A DNA stretch of 64,000 bases from Eledone cirrhosa (Eukaryota), in NCBI GenBank assembly GCA_964016885.1, contig OZ024743.1:197284001-197348000 (forward strand), read 5' to 3'. The notes beneath the pieces were generated by a model, which worked only from the letters and a program-made list of their open reading frames with translations, had not been told where the DNA came from and did not search any database. Both the position numbers and the translations under genes were made by a program. Positions 26,601-40,158 of the stretch are shown here, in pieces (the first letter of the stretch is position 1; every line of letters begins with the position of its first letter).

Positions 26601-27671
26601 TTACTTTTGAAAAAAAAAAAAACTTACAGTTGCATATTATAAGATGTACATTTATTAATGTTCTACACGATATATATTTTTTTGTGTGCAGGGGGAGGAT
26701 GTTCACGTTTATGAGTGTAGGAGGTGTCTCTTTTTTTCACATATTTTTCTTTCTTTTTCTCAATTAAGCAATGTTGTAGTTCTTTGTTTTTGTAATATTT
26801 CAGATCTAGTTTACAAACATTCTTTATCAGTGATTATGAAATGTTAAAATTTATCAATGTATTTTTCACTTCTATAATTGACAGTTAGGAAATATTATAA
26901 ACATGTTATAAAGATTATTATTTTCATTTTGTTTCGTTCATTTCACCTTTGTATACATGTGTACGTGTATGTACATGTGTGTGTATGGCTTATGTGTTTG
27001 TGAGTGAGTGAGTGCATGTGAGCATGCATGCATGAATATATGTGAGAGAGTGAGTGAGTTAGAGAGTGTCTGTGTTGGTTTTGTTATTAGTGTTGTTGCT
27101 GTTGGTATGGGATTAAATTATACATGCCACAAACTGATATAGCATGCTTGTAAAACTGAACTGACAAGCTCAATTATTCAATTGCCAGTAGAGAGACAGC
27201 GATAAAATGGATGGTAATTAGCATCAAACCAGAGGAAGAAGAATGTAGCATGCAACAAGAATTTAGAAGCAAAAAAAAATTATTTTTCGAGAAAAATTTC
27301 TACTTAAAGAAAGGCAAATCAATGTAAACTGGAACTTGCTGGTGCAAGAAGGTAAAAAAAAAATATACATATTTTGAAGGATTCTTTTGACAAATTATTA
27401 TGGACTAGAAGGAAATATCAGAGGGGGGAAAAAAATGAACAAGAAACAGAGAGAGAGGGCAAAAGAGAAATATAAATGTAAATCTGAAACAAAAATGGTC
27501 AAAGAATTAGCACCAAAATGTATTTGCAGTCAAAGAAAAGTAGCTTTTACACACATGCATACATACGTAAATATACAAACATACACATTTGTGTGTGTGC
27601 CCTGCTAAGTACTGATTCACAAAATGAAATCAATGGTTGTAAACAACAGATGCAAGTTTCTATTCAAGTAA

Positions 27672-27852
27672 ATAATTGTGTCTACTATTGGCACAAGGCC
27701 AGCAATTACCCAGTACATTACTGTTACTTTATTTTATCGACCCCGTAAGGATGAAAGGCAAAGTTAACCTCAGCGGGATTTGAACTCAGAATGGCAAGGG
27801 CCGTAACTCTATACATCAAACCATGGCGTCCGACCCTCTACCAATATTGCCA
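27672..27852 (-). mobile_element. SINE family B
   Basis: GGCACAAGGCCAGCAATTACCCAG...GGGATTTGAACTCAG...CCGACCCTCTACC. Confidence 0.9.
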
Positions 27853-28051
27853 AGAAAATAATGAAATAAAATAAAGTTTTATAAAAGTTACAGAGAGGGA
27901 CGGAGAGAGAGATAGAGAGAGATATGCGTAAAATTCCAACCGCAGCGCCACGTGAAGAAAGGATTGACAAAATACAAAATATACTTTTTTTTCTTCTCCA
28001 AAGTCCCAACTGGTTTGTAGCCAGCGTGCACCAGGACTGTGAGGCTACCAG

Positions 28052-28575
28052 CTTTTCAAGAGACCCCTCAAGTGAATGGACTAATTCTTGAACTGACCGC
28101 TACAAGTGAATAATTCTTGGAAAGGAGAAATTATCACTTGATATAGCGGTCAAAGTAGGGAGGTAAAGGCAGGACATTCGGCAAGTACCACATTTACTGG
28201 AAAAAGCACCCACCTATTTTACTTGACCAAAAGGGAGTTGGGACAAAATAGTAATAAGATACACCCACATATATATAAGTGCAATGTTCTGCCTTGACCA
28301 GTTTAGCTCAATAACTGAAAGAAGTAAAAATAATCATTTAATCAGAGCTATCTATCAAATTGTAAATGTGAGGAAAGAATAAACAAAATATGGTCAAGTA
28401 AAATAGGTGGGCGCTAGCTGCTTTCTCTAGTAAATGTGTTACTCGCCAAATATCGAGCCTTTATCTCCCTTCTGTGATGGCTATACCACGTGATAATTTC
28501 TCCCTCCTCAGAATTAATAACTTATAGCGGTCAGTTCAAGAAGTAGTCCATTCACTTGAGTGGTCTCTTGAAAAG
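28052..28575. mobile_element. Foldback element with ~180-bp imperfect inverted arms (28052-28229 / 28391-28575)
   Basis: CTTTTCAAGAGACC-CTCAAGTGAATGGACTA...CCCACCTATTTTACTTGACCA is mirrored at the other end. Confidence 0.85.
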
Positions 28576-29079
28576 TCAATATCCTAGGCATAACTAAAGG
28601 ATCCTCCCAACCCTTTGTTTGTCAAGCTTTCTTTGGTTGGATGCCCTTACTATCACCAGCCACTTTCCAGCATGTACTGGGTGTGTTTATCAAGTACATC
28701 ACCAACACTGGAGAGGTTGTTGTGTCTTTGACAGAGCTGGAGGGTTCTATCAACCCTTTTAGGCATGGTTTCTACAGTGAAATGCCCTTTATTCACCAAC
28801 CACCCATATGGTACAAGTTGCATTTTCATGACACCATCACTAGATAGGCTGCTGCACATAGATTAATCTGTAGAGCGCTCTCAGCACTGGGGAAGGGACA
28901 AAAGGGGAGGGAGATAGGTATTAAGTTATAGATATTTGTGAGGATGGATAAGGGTGGCTTAATAAAAGTTTCATTTTTCAGATGACTACAATATGTGTAT
29001 GTGAGTGTGTGTTGTAAAATTGTAATAATCAAAAAATTGGAAAATTATACTTTTAAAATATGAAACAATGATCAGTAAA

Positions 29080-29125
<46 letters not shown>

Positions 29126-30007
29126 TATGGAAGACGATGATTACAACACCATCAGATGTAGCATTTGAAGACATCAGCAATATGGTTAGGTGTGTGGTGG
29201 TAATAGTGCAATGTGGGTTCAATTGGCAGGTTGGAGAGGGGGATGCAGGGGTAGAGAGCTGGAGGCTGTGGGAGGGCAGAGAGTAAGAAATAGATATTTT
29301 AGTAGATGTTCTAGCAGCTTGCGGACTTGTAATAAATAAATAATTGTTCAAACTTCCCTACCTGCCCAACCACTGGAATTTACCATTTAAAGAAAAAAGA
29401 ATGAAAGAACCCATAAGTAGAAGAAATTAAAAGGTAAAATATGAAGACAAAGAAAAAGGTAAAAAAGAAAGACAAAAGAGAAAAGAAAAATACAAAGAAA
29501 CAAACCAAAAGATGTTAGCCTGCATCACTAATGTCAAGTTCTTGCCATGGTTCTCTCCAAGAAATTACCAGTGATCTCTCTTCAGGATGAGATTTCTGGA
29601 AGTGACCGGAACAATGAAATTGGAGGACTCTGCTGCTTGGAACACAATGCCAATAATGGATTGGCAGAGTCAGCTAATACAGCATTTGTTAAAAAAGACT
29701 CATCCAATTACAGTTTAATTTCGGCTTCATTCTAGTTCACAGCAGGACACGGTAAGAGCAACAATAGCTCACCAATGACTTGCTTCAAAGAGACATAGAC
29801 GACATAGAATTCCAAACAAAGCCTTCCCATATAACATGCTGCTGCAGCATTTTAATAAAAGTGGAAGTACAAAAAAAAACAACAACAAAAAAAGGGTATA
29901 AAAATATGCTATAACATACATATATTCTTGGGTTTTTTAGGTGTTTTCTTTCTTTTTTTTTTTTGTTTGCTTTAACACATTTAGTTCCTTTGGTTTCATT
30001 ACTTGGC

Positions 30008-30008
30008 A

Positions 30009-30041
<33 letters not shown>

Positions 30042-30162
30042 TATATATATATACATATATATATATGTACATATACATATATTTACACACATATATATAT
30101 GTACATATACATATATATACACATATATATATGTGTATATTTACATATATATATATGTGTAC

Positions 30163-30211
<49 letters not shown>

Positions 30212-30380
30212 TACATATGTATATACACATATATATATACATACACACATACATATACATATATACACACACATACATATACATATATACACACACATAC
30301 ACACATATATACACACGCATATATACACACACATACATACATATATACACACACATACATATATATATATACACATACAT

Positions 30381-30422
<42 letters not shown>
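30008..30422. repeat. Long (TA)n/(CA)n compound microsatellite
   Basis: Direct reading. Confidence 0.95.
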
Positions 30423-30425
<3 letters not shown>

Positions 30426-30969
30426 AAAGTTGAGACAGTAAACAGAAAACAAAAAAACAAAAAAAAAACGTGGAAGCAAAGAGGCAGTACAAATGTTAAT
30501 ATTAGTTTCACACACATACATATATATACACACACATACATATATATACACACACAAACATGCATATTATATATATATTCATATAATGTTTCAAATACAT
30601 TCATTCATATATCATTTATATACATATATGAAAATTAAGCTATTGAAATACTATACAGATACATACATAGACAGACACACACACGTATATATATATATAT
30701 GTAAATATATCCACTCAAATATATGTGCAGGCTTGAGTGTATTTATGCATGTTTGTGAATGCATCAATCAGACTGTGTGAAACATTATATCTCCTACACA
30801 CAAGCATACACAAATACACACACAAATACATACATAACCATAGCATTAAATATAGGAAAAGGAGAGAAGTTCATTATTAGTTGTATATTTATCTCAATAC
30901 TTAAGTTAATCTATTAATTGCCTCTGAAATAACTTTGTAGGGATAGAGAATGTATGTATGTATTTACAT

Positions 30970-31022
<53 letters not shown>

Positions 31023-31061
31023 CGAAGGAGGTGTGGTAAGGAACCAGATGCACCATAACGC

Positions 31062-31238
31062 ACCAGAGTACTCAATATTTAGGGTAGTAGAGTAGGTAAT
31101 AGGAAAAAGTTTAACCCCGACGGCAGAGCTCAAGCCATTTCGACAGCTATTTCTGGATGCATGTTTCTGGACGCTATTTCTGAGTCCAGAAATAGCCGTC
31201 GAAACAGCTTGAGCTCTTCCATCGGGGTTAAACTTTTT

Positions 31239-31243
<5 letters not shown>
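31062..31243. mobile_element. Foldback element, CAGAGTACTC family, ~58-bp near-perfect hairpin
   Basis: 31099-31157 vs 31184-31243 are reverse complements with about 5 mismatches; between (TA)n tracts. Confidence 0.85.
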
Positions 31244-31280
<37 letters not shown>

Positions 31281-32827
31281 TGAAATGTATGTGACCGATT
31301 TCTTCTAACAAGAGGCTTTGTTAACCAACTGATATCACACGAACCAAGGAGAAATCAAACCAACTGTGAGATGGTTCTACCGTCACACACTCAACAGTAC
31401 ATTTGCAGTGTGTGTGGCTTATTTTATTTTGTAAGTGGACAGACCAGACATGGTAGAATGCATGAAAACACACCTCATCCGGTATTGTCAGGAGAGAGAA
31501 AGTTCAACATACTTGCACAACAAAAGCAGGTCTGAAAAGTCACCAGTGTGCACATGATCATGCAATGTTCAATGAAGGGATGGCACTTTTCTGACAAGAA
31601 GTAGCAATCAGAGAGAGAGAGAGAGGGGGGGGGGGGCATAGGAAGAGCATCCAGCTGCCGAAACCTTGCCAAAAAAGCAAAACAAAACAGCGAAGAGGAA
31701 TCTTTAGATGTGTCAAGGGCATGAAACCTCTCTGATATTGGTAACATGAAAAAATACACCAGTACATACTGTAATGTAGTTAGTGATAGGAAGGATGTCT
31801 AGCTGTAGAAAACTTACCAAACAAAGAGCAGAGATGACACTTCAGTTGTGTCGGGGAAAGAAGTAAATGTTTGTTTTTTTTTGTGTTTTTTTTTAGCTGG
31901 ATCAGATACTGCAAAGTATCTCATCCAACTCTGTAGTAATTCCACCAATCCACCAAACCTGGATTAGTGCCTGTTAATTGATACCAAAAGGATGCAAGGT
32001 TAAGTTGAACACAAAGGGATTTGAACTTACGTAGAATAGAGTGAGTCAGAACAAATACCAAGGCATTTACTCTGATGCCCTAACAACTCTGGCAACTTGA
32101 GACATTATAACCACACACACACACACATGGATATGATGAGCTTCAGTAAGGGTTCTGCCCATCAAATTCCACTTGCAAGACATTGGTCAACCTGAGGCCA
32201 CAGTAGAACACATTCTGACCAAACATGTATGCCTGCACATTTGATGATGATTCACTTTACATACATTAACACAACTGTATATAGCCTAGATCCCAAATGA
32301 CAATGGTAATGGTGGCAAAGATGGTGATGTTGCTGATGGTTATGATGATCAAACTAGATTATTGTTATTAAAAAAAGTTCAAAAATGATCCTCCTCCTCA
32401 AAAATGATCATCATTACCTTTTCCCCCTCATCTTGATGATGGTCATAGTTATGAAAATGATGATAATGAAAGTAATAATAAAATATTTCTATTGTGCAGC
32501 TGTGACTCACTGTTACAGCAAGTATAATTATAGAGCGTCCACCTATGCAGGTTTAGCTGGCCTTCTACAAGGCTGCATATCATAGGTTCTCAGGTGTTTT
32601 AATGATAGAGGCCCAGTCCTATTATGAGCAATGTAAAATGAAGCATCTTATTCAAAAACCCAATGCTCTGCCTGGTCCTGGAATTAAATACACAACCTTA
32701 TGGTCATGAGTCCTACACCCTAACCACATAACTTGACTCACAATGAGAGTGGTCTCCCATTCATATGCTGTAGTGTAAAATGCCAAAAATATACAGTCTC
32801 TGGTATTTAGATAACAATATTCTAAAC

Positions 32828-33028
32828 TTAACCCTTTACATTACTCTATATTTACTATTATATTTTCACAGCAAAGGCTTTACCTCACATAATTATCTCA
32901 CATAATATCGAATTTATGACATTTTGATATTTATTTTGAGAACAATACCTTAACAATATGAGCAGCCGGTTACAGCTGGTTTGAACAGAAAGAGGTGGAT
33001 ATAGCCGGTTTAAATGCTAAAGCGTTAA
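32828..33028. mobile_element. MITE family A
   Basis: TTAACCCTTT...TAAATGCTAAAGCGTTAA. Confidence 0.85.
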
Positions 33029-33479
33029 TGAGGAACAATTGTTTCCAATTTTCTTTTGATATGTGATGGTTTTAGTATTCCTAATACATAGTGAAAGTTC
33101 ATATCATATGTGCAGAACATTTTTTTAGGACACTCTCCCCTTTTGCCTCCCACTACTTATGTTTTATTGGTCAAGCTGGGATGCTCCTGTAGGGTCACCT
33201 CATAAAGAATGAAATATAGCCATGACCATCATATCTTTTTTTTTTCATACAATGTATATAGGACTATATTATATAAATGTCCTTCTTGCTTGAAAAATAG
33301 TGAAGTGTAATGAGGGAGATTTGACTGCTATTTCTATGATCTTGGAGAGACTGCTTCACTGGCTTGATGGGTATCTAGGTGTCTAGGCATGTATATGCAA
33401 TGAAAGAGGTGTGTAGTTTTGAATGAGTGGACTTTAAAGAAGAAAGGAGAGAGAAGCGAGATTCCAAATGTGAATTTTG

Positions 33480-33790
33480 GTGTATCATCATCATCATAAC
33501 CACCTTTTATATTTAGTATTCAGATACCTGTTCACCCATCTGCCCCCGCCCTAATCCCTACCACCATCATACACACATCACATCATCATAATCATCATTA
33601 CCACCACCATCTTCTTTTATATTGACTATTCAGATACCTGTTCACCCATCTGCCCCCCTCCACTCCCATACACACACATCCATCACCATCGTCACTACCA
33701 CCACCTTCGTCTTTTATATTTACTATTCAGATACCTGTTCACCCTCTCTGCACCACCACCACCACCCATCCCTACACATACATCAATCTC
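33480..33790. repeat. Three ~100-110-bp tandem units
   Basis: TTTTATATT..TATTCAGATACCTGTTCACCC recurs at ~33506, 33614 and 33712. Confidence 0.8.
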
Positions 33791-34274
33791 AAGAGTTAAA
33801 TAACTTAGCTTCTTTTTCTGCTGTACTTCTCCATTTTTATTCTTTCACCTCAGTTTGGCCTACCACTGTTCTGCTCCCTTCCAGCATTACATATATATAA
33901 CATGTGTTTCAATTGAGATTCACCCTCCTCACACAGCTACACAACTTCAATCTTCTCTTTTACAGATTATATTGGATGCCTTTCAATTCCAGATGTCTCC
34001 TTACACCAGTCTATATCTTTTTGTTAAATTTTTAGTTTGAAATTCTGTGAGGAAACTATCAATTTTGTTAGGGATTAATAGTATGTAAGGAAGATGGCAG
34101 GAATTGCCAAGCCAGATGTCTAATGAATAAAGTGATTATGACAATGACAATATACACAACTAAAGAATAATAATAATTATGATGATGATGATTATAATGA
34201 AGATGATTAAGACAACAACAATGCCAATAATAATATTAACAATAATGGTAATAATAACAAAAAGCATAATAGCC

Positions 34275-34980
34275 TATAATGGTTTCTGATTTAGGTACAA
34301 GGCCAATAATTATTGGAGGAGAGGGAAAAGTGGATCAAATCGACCCAAGTGCATTACTGGTGCTTTATTTTATTGACACCATAAGGATGAAAGGCAAAGC
34401 TAATCATAGTGGGATTTGAACTCAGAACGTAAAGGGATGTAACTCTGTGCCACAAAGCATATCTGATGTTCTACCGGAACTGCCAATCCACCACCCTTTG
34501 ATGATAATACGATAATAATAATAGAAATAATTCTCTCTAAAATGAAAACATCCATTGCTCTAGGTTCAAGAAAGAGAACTGAGCTAAACAAAATTACACA
34601 ACAATAATAATTGTTTCTACTTTTGGCACAAGGCCAGCAATTACCCCAGTACATTACTGGTACTTTATTTTATCGACCCCATAAGGATGAAAGGCAAAGT
34701 TAACGTCGGTGGGATTTGAACTCAGAATGGCAAGGGTCGTAACTTTATGCGTCAAAGCATGGCATCCGACCCTCTACCGATACTGCCAGGCACAAGGCCA
34801 GTAATTGGGAGAGGGGTTTATTAAATCGACCCCAGTACATTACTGGTACTTTATCTTATCGACCCCGTAAAGATGAAAGGCAAAGTTAACCTCGGAGGGA
34901 TTTTAACTCAGACCGAAAAGGGCCGTAACTCTATGCTGCAAAGCATGTTGTCCGACTCTCTACCGATACTGCCAATCACA
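34275..34980 (-). mobile_element. Three SINE family B copies
   Basis: Family core and head at ~34275-34500, 34605-34788 and 34788-34980. Confidence 0.9.
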
Positions 34981-35345
34981 TCAATAATTATAATGACGTT
35001 AACAAAAATTATGTTGCAAGAGAAAATGGAAAGGGCCATGATGATGATGATGGAAGGGGTGGAGCACACCATGTAAGAATAGAAAAGGTTAATTCAACTC
35101 TTAACGTCCTGTACCACCTGAAACCACATTAGCAAAGCACTCTTGAATGGTACAAAACAGCACTATCACTGCATCATTTTAATACAGCAAATCATTCACA
35201 ATAAACTGTTGACAAAGATACAATAAATATTTGAATTAACAAACCTGTTTTTAAAACATATTCTATTAAACTATTACAGGATGTTAAGAATGAATAAATT
35301 TACTAGAAAAAAGGTGATAATGTTCAAAGAACTCTATTTCAAGTA

Positions 35346-35382
<37 letters not shown>

Positions 35383-35496
35383 TAATAAAAGGAATTCCAA
35401 CTTTGTCTGATTTACTCGTTTTATTTACAATCCTTTAAAATTATAATGATATTATAATGAAATAGTATGGTAGAATATTAAATGTTAAGTGTTAAT

Positions 35497-35535
35497 TGAA
35501 CAAGTACTTTCATGCTTTCGCAATCTTCAGGGTCA
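35497..35535 (-). ncRNA. Minimal type I hammerhead ribozyme motif within a probable Penelope-like terminal repeat fragment
   Basis: Minus strand: TGACC CTGAAGA T-TGC-GAAA-GCA-T GAA AGTACT T GTTCA. GNRA-capped stem II, palindromic stem III AGTACT, stem I 4/5 paired, CUU triplet. Confidence 0.65.
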
Positions 35536-35822
35536 TATTCAGTGGTGACAGTCAAGTTTGCAATTTTCAACTGTAATGAGATGGGTAAATTCTGTGCCTT
35601 ATATACAGTAAAAAGGGGCTACAGAATGCTAAATTTTGCAAACTGTATTTCGACTAATCGGTGTGTAGTTTCACTAGATTACTAAAGCTGATTGGTTTAG
35701 GCATCACGGTTGGTTGAGCATGTCTAACAACTTCTATTAGACCCTATCCAAAGCATCAATTGTTTTGCTATTTTTAGAAATGATGAAAATACCATTTTCT
35801 AGGGTTTTTATAGTCTTCAGTA

Positions 35823-36172
35823 ATCATCACCATCAACATCATTTCATTTTTACGTCCGCTTTTCCCTGCTTGCAAGGGTGGGACGGGAACTGATTCTGGC
35901 TTGATTTCTACAGCTGGATGCCCTTCCTAACACCAACCTCATTTACAGTGAGTGCTGGGTGCTTTTTTTGCCATGGCACCTCCACGACCACTTTACAGTG
36001 GAATGATAGGAACTGGGGTCCCTATCATCTCATTTCTACAGCTGAGTAAACTGGAGCAATGTGAAATAAAGTGTCTTGCTCAAGGAAACAACACATCACC
36101 CGGTCTGAGAATTGAACTCACAACCTTTCGATTGCAAGGCCAATGCTCTAACCACTAAGCCATGTGCCTCCA
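35823..36172 (-). mobile_element. SINE family A, 1 internal module
   Basis: Near-identical to 59511-59856. Confidence 0.93.
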
Positions 36173-36370
36173 CTTTTATTATTATTATTGTTGCTGTTGT
36201 TGTTAGTGGTGATAGTCGACATGGTCATAGGCGTAGTCATAGTATATATTTATATATATACATAGTATATATTTATATATATACATACACACATACATAC
36301 GTATTGTCGCATAAGTTTGGTGGCAATATCCAAGGGTAAGAACACTCAGTCCATAGGATGATGAGTTAAG

Positions 36371-36683
36371 TATAATTAGTTACAACAGTGACATATTCAT
36401 GTATGTAAGTTTCCTCGGGTTGTACACCCCAACTCATTCAGCCTGTTATATAAAAAGAATATGGCTACTCGATGGTTGATTGGAGGTTTATAGAAAACAT
36501 GCGAGAGCTCTTCGGGGGCAGGTAATTTCGAATTTAGCTATAAATAAAGAGTTCTCGCATGTTTTCTAAAAACCTCCAATCAACCTTGGGAGTACCCATT
36601 CTCTTTTTATATAACAGGTTGAATGAATTGGGGTGTATAACCTAACAAAACTTAAATATCTGTATACGTCAGTAACTAATTAT
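36371..36683. mobile_element. Foldback element, ~135-bp imperfect arms
   Basis: TATAATTAGTTAC...ACACCCCAACTCATTCAGCCTGTTATATAAAAAGA...GGTTGATTGGAGGTTT.TAGAAAACATGCGAGA is mirrored from ~36546. Confidence 0.85.
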
Positions 36684-36691
36684 ATATATAT

Positions 36692-37068
36692 TATCATCAT
36701 TTTACGTCCGCTTTTTCTCTGCTTGCAAGGGTGGCACGGGAACTGATTCTGGCTTGATTTCTACAGCTGGATGCCCTTCCTAACACCAACCTCATTTACA
36801 GTGAGTGCTGGGTGCTTTTTTTCCGTGGCATCTACACAACCACTTAACAGTGTGGGCTGGGTGCTTTTTTGCCGTGGCACCTCCACGACCACTTTTGCAG
36901 TGGAATGATAGGGACCCCAGTCATCTCATTTCTACAGGTGAGTAAACTGGAGCAATGTGAAATAAAGTGTCTTTCTCAAGGAAACAACACATCACCCGGT
37001 CTGAGAATTGAACTCACAACCTTTTGATTGCAAGGCCAATGCCTTAACCACTAAGCCATGTGCCTCCA
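36692..37068 (-). mobile_element. SINE family A, 2 internal modules
   Basis: Near-identical to 2038-2434. Confidence 0.93.
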
Positions 37069-37109
37069 CACACACACATATATATATAGATGTTAAACGA
37101 TGATGATGA

Positions 37110-37176
<67 letters not shown>

Positions 37177-37179
<3 letters not shown>

Positions 37180-37352
37180 TTCCACTGCAAAGTGGTCATG
37201 GGGGTACCACGGCAAAAAAGCACCCAACACTCACTGTAAATGAGGTTGGTGTTAGGAAGGACATCCAGCTGTAGAAATCAAGCCTGAATCATTTCCCGTC
37301 CCACCCTTGCAAGCAGGGAAAAGCGGACGTAAAATGATGATTGATGATGATG
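37177..37352 (+). mobile_element. 5'-truncated SINE family A, inverted relative to its neighbour
   Basis: TCATTCCACTGCAAAGTGG...GGTGTTAGGAAGG...CCCACCCTTGCAAGCAGGGAAAAGCGGACGTAAAATGATG. Confidence 0.9.
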
Positions 37353-38024
37353 AATTGATATATATATATATATACACACATACACACACACACACACAAA
37401 TATGTGCATATATATATGTATGTATCTGTGTGTATGTATTTTTTCTCACTAGTCAGTTCTTTCGTTGTTACAGATCACGCAGCTGAATTAGCGGTCGCTA
37501 TCTTCAATTTGCAAAACCCTTTAAACTGTATGTTATTACTATGAGGTCTATACCATGTCGAGTGCTTGGCTGCACTGCTGAAGGCATTTGTTGGGTTAGC
37601 TGCTGCTTGAACTTTGAATATGCTGTACTTTCATTTGTATATATATATATATAAATATATATATATAAGGTAAATTATATGAGCCGATGATACAACTGTA
37701 TAAGGGATTCAGATATTTAAAGGTCTAATGTAACTTTGTCAATATCCAGATTGGCAAAAGACAGTTCAAAGATAAATCCAATTTGTAGATTTCCTGTCAT
37801 CATAGATTTGCAAACTCATATATTTATTTGTATATCACTTGCATTCTAAATCTACATACAACATTCCTGGCATGGTTCTTCACAATCATATAAGTCACTG
37901 GCCAAGGTTATCGATACTGCTAAATTATACTTCAATGAAAATTGTTCATCAAAATATTAAAAACTAAGTATTTTTTCTATTCAATACATTAAAAAAGACA
38001 TGTGATCTTTTTCAAGCTCTTAAA

Positions 38025-38277
38025 TTAACACATTTATTACTATATTTATAATGAAAGACCTTTGATATTGAGGTAATTTTGAAAATAATTCAGAATTTGG
38101 AGAGGTTTAGAAATACGACTTAATTTCTCATTTTCAAGCTGCTGTTTCGAACATAACTTGAAGAGTCTTACATAGAACTATGATGGACGGTTTTTAGATA
38201 AATATAAACACTTTAAAACAAGGTTGTATATCAGAGGATCAAGGCAGTTTCAGGTGGTTTGCTACCAAAAGAGTTAA
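38025..38277. mobile_element. Diverged MITE family B
   Basis: Ends CCAAAAGAGTTAA; body similar to 52248-52400. Confidence 0.55.
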
Positions 38278-38639
38278 GCTCGAGTCAATGAGCTTTTCAT
38301 TTATTATATTTAATAATTCTATTGATAGCTGACTAGAGACAGCATACTGCTTTGTTGCAATTTTTTTAATGAGAATTCGGGAAAATCCCAACATATATGA
38401 CAGTAATATATAAGTGGGGTGAGATACAAATTAAATATATTAGATATCAACATTATATTCAGCAAGGAATATACTCTTTTGTGTCTATTACCAATATATG
38501 TCAGTGAAATGTTCCCATTATTACCTCAAATTAAGATGGCAAGTCAGAAATGGGGGCAGTGGTGGTAAAAGTTTACATCAGTTTTTCTCAATGCAGAATT
38601 TTTGTGGGACACACATACTATGTAAAAAAAAAAAAATTA

Positions 38640-38830
38640 AGGGAAAAACCAACTGGCAGGGGTAGACCTCGATCAATATGCTTGGATAACATCCATGGGC
38701 TTAGCTCGTCTAGCTTGGGGATCCAGCTAGATCAATTGGAGATGGTTGCTTCTGACAGGACACACTGGAAGGAGTGTTTGAGGACTCCTCCCCAAATGAC
38801 CCTCTCAGGAATAAGTGGGCAAAGAAGAGG
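38640..38830 (+). pseudogene. RTE-clade LINE C-terminal fragment (second subfamily)
   Basis: Translation KPTGRGRPRSICLDNI...LGIQLDQLEMVASDRTHWKECL resembles the RTE C-terminal GRPR...DR..W signature. Confidence 0.6.
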
Positions 38831-38993
38831 ATGCATACTATGTCATATACTATATACTTTGTCCAATCATGCTTAGTGTTGTATCATCTCCACCATTTGC
38901 ACACTACTTCCAAACTCCACTGTATGTGTGTGTGTATATATGTATGTGTGCATCTACAACATATATGTATGTGTACATATAATGTATGCACAG

Positions 38994-39061
<68 letters not shown>

Positions 39062-39414
39062 TACATGCAAGCAAGGAGAAGTGGATGTAAAATGAATGTG
39101 TGATATATGTGCATGTGTGTGTATAAATGTATGTATATATACACATATATGCATGCAATACAATACACACACCCACAAACACACACATGCATGCATGCAA
39201 TACACAACACACACACCCACACACACTATTCTTGACACTGATCACTTTTACATTCCTGTTTGTATTTGTCTTGATGGATAGCTGGGTCAAGGGAAGGAAG
39301 GATACATAGCTCCCTAGCTACACAATGGTAGAGCTGAAGATAAAATTAACAAGCTTTTTTACTGTTCAGTTTGAACTAGAGAAATGATGATGATGATGGC
39401 AGCGAAGACGATGT

Positions 39415-39870
39415 TAATAATTGTTTCTACTTTGAGCACAAGGCCAGCAATATTGGGGAAGGGCAAAGTTGATTAACCCTTTAGCATTTAAACTGGCCAT
39501 AACCGGCGAGAATTCTCTCACTTCTTTCTGTTCAAACCAGCCATAACTGGCTGCTCATTAAGGTAGTGTTCTGAAATTAAGGTATTGTTCTGAAATTAAG
39601 GTATTGTTCTGAAATTAAGGTAGTGTTCTGAAATTAAGGTAGTGTTCTGAAAATAAATAACACAAAAATGTTGTAGATTTGATATTACCACAAAAATACA
39701 ATAGTATATATAGAGTAATGTAAATACTAAAGGGTTAAACCAACCCCAGTACTTCACTGGTACTATATTTTGACACCAGAAGGATGAAAGGCTAAGTTGA
39801 CCTCAGTGGGATTTGAACTCAGAATGTAAAGAACCAGAACAAATACTGCAGTGATATTTAATCTGATGCT
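39415..39870 (-). mobile_element. SINE family B split by a MITE A (39473-39738) that carries 5x19-bp internal tandem repeats
   Basis: SINE reads GGGCAAAGTTGA-TTAA[MITE]-ACCAACCCCAG; the empty site is seen at ~49766-49790. Unit TTAAGGTA(G/T)TGTTCTGAAA at 39558-39652. Confidence 0.85.
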
Positions 39871-40158
39871 AATAATGCTTTCTAATTTAGGCACAAGGCC
39901 AGCAATATTAGGGGAGAGAAATATTGCTTAAATCGATTCCAGTACTTGACTGGTACTTACATTTATTGACACTGAAAAGAGTCGATAAAATAAAGTACCA
40001 GTCAAGTACTGGGATTGCAGTAATCTGCTTTCCCCTTCTCCTAAATCACTGGCTTTGTGCCTCCATTAAAAATTATTACAATTATTTCAATTATTATTAT
40101 TAAACAATTGTATTTTTAGAAGTGTTGAGTGAATTCTGAATTCTGAATATATATTAGC

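Noticed and set aside
29785-30780. Long Y/I/H/C/V-rich ORFs (also 60336-61216)
   Set aside because: Translations of TA/CA microsatellites.
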